From assembly GCA_038217285.1 (NCBI GenBank), contig JBBQPO010000112.1:1-18346 (forward strand): a stretch of DNA of 18,346 nucleotides, in the 5' to 3' direction. The translations under genes and the position numbers were made by a program. The DNA comes from Chthonomonadales bacterium (lineage in GTDB: Bacteria > Armatimonadota > Chthonomonadetes > Chthonomonadales > Chthonomonadaceae). Below the pieces are notes generated by a model. That model searched no databases. It was not told the DNA's origin and saw nothing but the letters and a program-made list of their open reading frames with translations. Positions 16,021 to 18,346 of this stretch are shown piece after piece (within the stretch, counting starts at the first letter, position 1; each line of letters starts with the position of its first letter).

Positions 16021-17061
16021 ATGCGACTATTTTTCTCGTCGGTGGCAGCCGGACTCGCGATGTTCGCGGTGACCGGGCTGGCCCAGCAAGCCCCTTCCGA
16101 AGGCCCTTACCGTGTGCTAAAGATCGCCAAAGTCGGCGGAGACGGTGGATTCGACTACGTCTACGCGGACTCCGACGGACGCAAGTTGTACATTGCGCGC
16201 GGTGGTTCCGCGCCCCGGGTTTCGGCGTTCAATCTCGATACGCTCGAACCCGCCGGTGAAATCCCGATGACCAATGCGCGCGGCGCGGCCTCGGACGCCC
16301 CGTCCCATCATGGCTTTTCTTCCAGCAGCCCGGTCGCGATGTGGGACACAAAGACGATGGCGCTCATCAAGACCATCCCGGTGGAGGGCCGACCGGACGG
16401 CATTCTGGCCGATCCGTTTAATCATCGGATCTATGTTTTCAGCCACAGCGCGCCGAACGCCACCGTTCTGGACGCGAAGGACGGCGCCGTGCTCGGCACG
16501 ATCGATCTGGGGGGGGCGCCCGAACAGGCCGCTACGGACGGCAAAGGCCACATCTATGTCGATATCGAAGATAAAGACACGGTCGCCGTGGTGGATGCGA
16601 AGACCATGAAAGTCACCACGCAGTACAGCCTGAACGGCAAGGGCGGCGGCAACGCTGGTCTGGCGCTCGATGTCAAGAACCATGTCTTGTTTGTAGCCTG
16701 CCGGAACCCGCAGGTCATGGTCATGCTCGATGCCAACGACGGCAAGTATCTGGGCGATGTCCCGATCGGGCGCGGCTGTGACGGCGCCGGGTTCAACGCC
16801 AAAACGATGGAGTGCTTCAGCTCTCAGGGCGACGGTACGCTGACGATCATCAAAGAGAACTCGCCGACAAGCTTTGCGGTGGCGCAGACCGTCAAAACCA
16901 TGCCGGGCGCAAAGACAATGACCATCGACAACAAAACAGGCAAGGTTCTGCTCATTGCGGCCGAGTATGCGCCGCCAACGACCCCCGCACCGGCGGGTGG
17001 ACGCGGCAACCGGGGCCCGATGTTGCCGGGTTCGTTCTCTATCGTGGTGGTCGGAAAATAG
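16021..17061 (+). CDS. Secreted YncE/YVTN-type beta-propeller protein
   Basis: Signal peptide (..GLA|QQ). GGDGGFDYVYAD..RKLYI, GRPDGI..DP, IDLGGAPEQA..DGKG.IYV.IED and PGAKTM..D, ending PGSFSIVVVGK. Confidence 0.85.
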   Translation: MRLFFSSVAAGLAMFAVTGLAQQAPSEGPYRVLKIAKVGGDGGFDYVYADSDGRKLYIARGGSAPRVSAFNLDTLEPAGEIPMTNARGAASDAPSHHGFSSSSPVAMWDTKTMALIKTIPVEGRPDGILADPFNHRIYVFSHSAPNATVLDAKDGAVLGTIDLGGAPEQAATDGKGHIYVDIEDKDTVAVVDAKTMKVTTQYSLNGKGGGNAGLALDVKNHVLFVACRNPQVMVMLDANDGKYLGDVPIGRGCDGAGFNAKTMECFSSQGDGTLTIIKENSPTSFAVAQTVKTMPGAKTMTIDNKTGKVLLIAAEYAPPTTPAPAGGRGNRGPMLPGSFSIVVVGK

Positions 17062-17128
17062 GCCGCGCAGGACGTCGGTAGAAGTCACTCACCCGTCTGC
17101 CACTGGGGCACGTTAAATCAGGCATGGA

Positions 17129-17152
17129 AACAGCGCCTTTCGAGGCACTGTT
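17129..17152. terminator. Stem-loop between the YncE-type gene and uvsE
   Basis: AACAGCGCCT-TTCG-AGGCACTGTT, 9/10 pairs. Weak U-tract. Confidence 0.4.
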
Positions 17153-17267
17153 GCTAGGAGAACTGACTGACACTGCAATCCACCCGGTATTCGTTCGCTA
17201 TCGTGAAAACCGGCCGAAAAGGGTACGATAGACAGAACCATAAGGGGACGGAACGAGAGGACGATAT

Positions 17268-18170
17268 ATGATACGTCTCGGACTTTGCTGCACTTTTCGC
17301 GACCAGCCGATCAAGTTTGTTGATACGACGGCGACCGCTCTCAGCCGTATGGCCCGTGCCGATGCGCTTGACAAGCTCGCCCGCCTTTGCGCCACGAATG
17401 CCGACGCGTTGTTGGCTGCGCTCGGCTTCTGCGCCGAACACGGCATCGGCAGCTTTCGCATCAACAGCCAGATCCTTCCTCTCAAGACGCATCCCCAGGT
17501 CGGATATGAGATGGGCGATCTGCCTGGAGGCGAGGAGATCGTCCGTCGCTTCCGTCACGCCGGGGAGTTCGCAACGCAGCATGGTCTGAGGGTCTGCTTC
17601 CATCCCGATCAGTTCGTGGTGTTGAACTCGCAGCGGCCCGAGGTCGTCGAAGCTTCGGTGCGAGAACTGGAGTATCAGGCCGAAGTCGCGACGTGGGTCG
17701 GCGCCGATGTCCTCAATATCCACGGAGGCGGGGCGTATGGGGATAAGCCGAAGGCGCTCGCCGATTTTGCCGCCAACCTTGCTCGCCTCTCTTCCACCGT
17801 CAGAAGCCGCCTGACGCTCGAGAACGACGACACGACTTACTCCCCTGCCGACCTCCTGCCCCTGTGCCGCGCCGAGGGGCTGCCGCTTGTCTACGATGTG
17901 CATCACCATCGGGTCCACCCAGACGGAATGTCTATAGAAGAAGCGACGGCGCAGGCGCTGGCCACCTGGAATCGGGAGCCGTTGTTTCATATCTCCAGTC
18001 CTCTCGAAGGCTGGAACGGGCCGAGGCCCCGACGTCATCACGATTTCATCGATATCGCCGACATCCCCTCGTGCTGGCGACCTCTTGATATTACGGTGGA
18101 GGTGGAGGCCAAAGCCAAGGAAGTGGCCGTTCTCGCCCTGAAGCTCCATCTGCAAGAGCAGAGAGGGTGA
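17268..18170 (+). CDS. uvsE: UV DNA damage repair endonuclease UvsE
   Basis: MIRLGLCC, FRINSQILPL.THP, FHPDQFVVLNS, NIHGGGAYGDK, LENDD, YDVHHHR, HISSP, HHDFI and VEAKAKE.A motifs. Confidence 0.95.
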   Translation: MIRLGLCCTFRDQPIKFVDTTATALSRMARADALDKLARLCATNADALLAALGFCAEHGIGSFRINSQILPLKTHPQVGYEMGDLPGGEEIVRRFRHAGEFATQHGLRVCFHPDQFVVLNSQRPEVVEASVRELEYQAEVATWVGADVLNIHGGGAYGDKPKALADFAANLARLSSTVRSRLTLENDDTTYSPADLLPLCRAEGLPLVYDVHHHRVHPDGMSIEEATAQALATWNREPLFHISSPLEGWNGPRPRRHHDFIDIADIPSCWRPLDITVEVEAKAKEVAVLALKLHLQEQRG

Positions 18171-18346
18171 AGAGTTAACTCGTTCTCTTCGCTAAACACG
18201 ATGACCATTCGACAGACCTGTTCCGGGCGGAGGACGCATGAACATGCTGCCGTTGTCATGAAATCTAGGGCTGAACGGTGTCTACGGCGGCGACTTTCCC
18301 CTCCGCCGTCAGGAAGAACTGGAGGCGTATTTTAGGTCACGGTCAC

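Noticed and set aside
17153-17267. SOS/LexA box upstream of uvsE
   Set aside because: No GAAC-N4-GTTC or CTGT-N8-ACAG palindrome found by eye.
18323-18333. AGGCGTATTTT, an inverted 11-bp match to the tRNA 3' end/att
   Set aside because: Too short, opposite orientation and lacking the T-arm.
18171-18346. Possible gene start after uvsE (GGAGG-ATG at 18238)
   Set aside because: The frame closes after 7 codons, and the other frames are interrupted or too short to assign.
1-18346. CRISPR array, rRNA, integrase or prophage genes
   Set aside because: No regularly spaced DNA repeats or matching motifs were seen. The repeats present are protein-level (WD40, ankyrin, FG-GAP).

Overview
GC-rich bacterial chromosomal segment. 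Armatimonadota (Chthonomonas-like) is inferred from the PEP-CTERM tail style, the DUF1559/H-X9-DG prepilin-like gene, TM-anchored ankyrins and an FG-GAP-tailed exoprotein. Left end: a 5'-truncated IS701-like transposase fragment, then a ~1.96 kb integrase-less mini-island bounded by tRNA-Arg(CCG) and a 38/39-bp copy of its 3' end, carrying one PEP-CTERM protein. The rest encodes a DUF5060/GH5-like lipoprotein, a TetR C-terminal remnant, three ankyrin genes (one frameshifted in a G7 run), a secreted 14-blade WD40 + Ig-like + 5x FG-GAP protein, a divergent endonuclease IV, signal peptidase I, a FitA/VapC toxin-antitoxin pair with a visible operator, DUF6717, DUF1559, a YncE-type propeller and UvsE. 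The most unusual signal is two separate gene remnants (9280-9667 minus, ~13500-13719 plus) that end in the same triple 'LLR(P/A)' C-terminal tail with near-identical spacing, a candidate lineage-specific C-terminal signal. All family calls come from motif recognition by eye; no searches were run.
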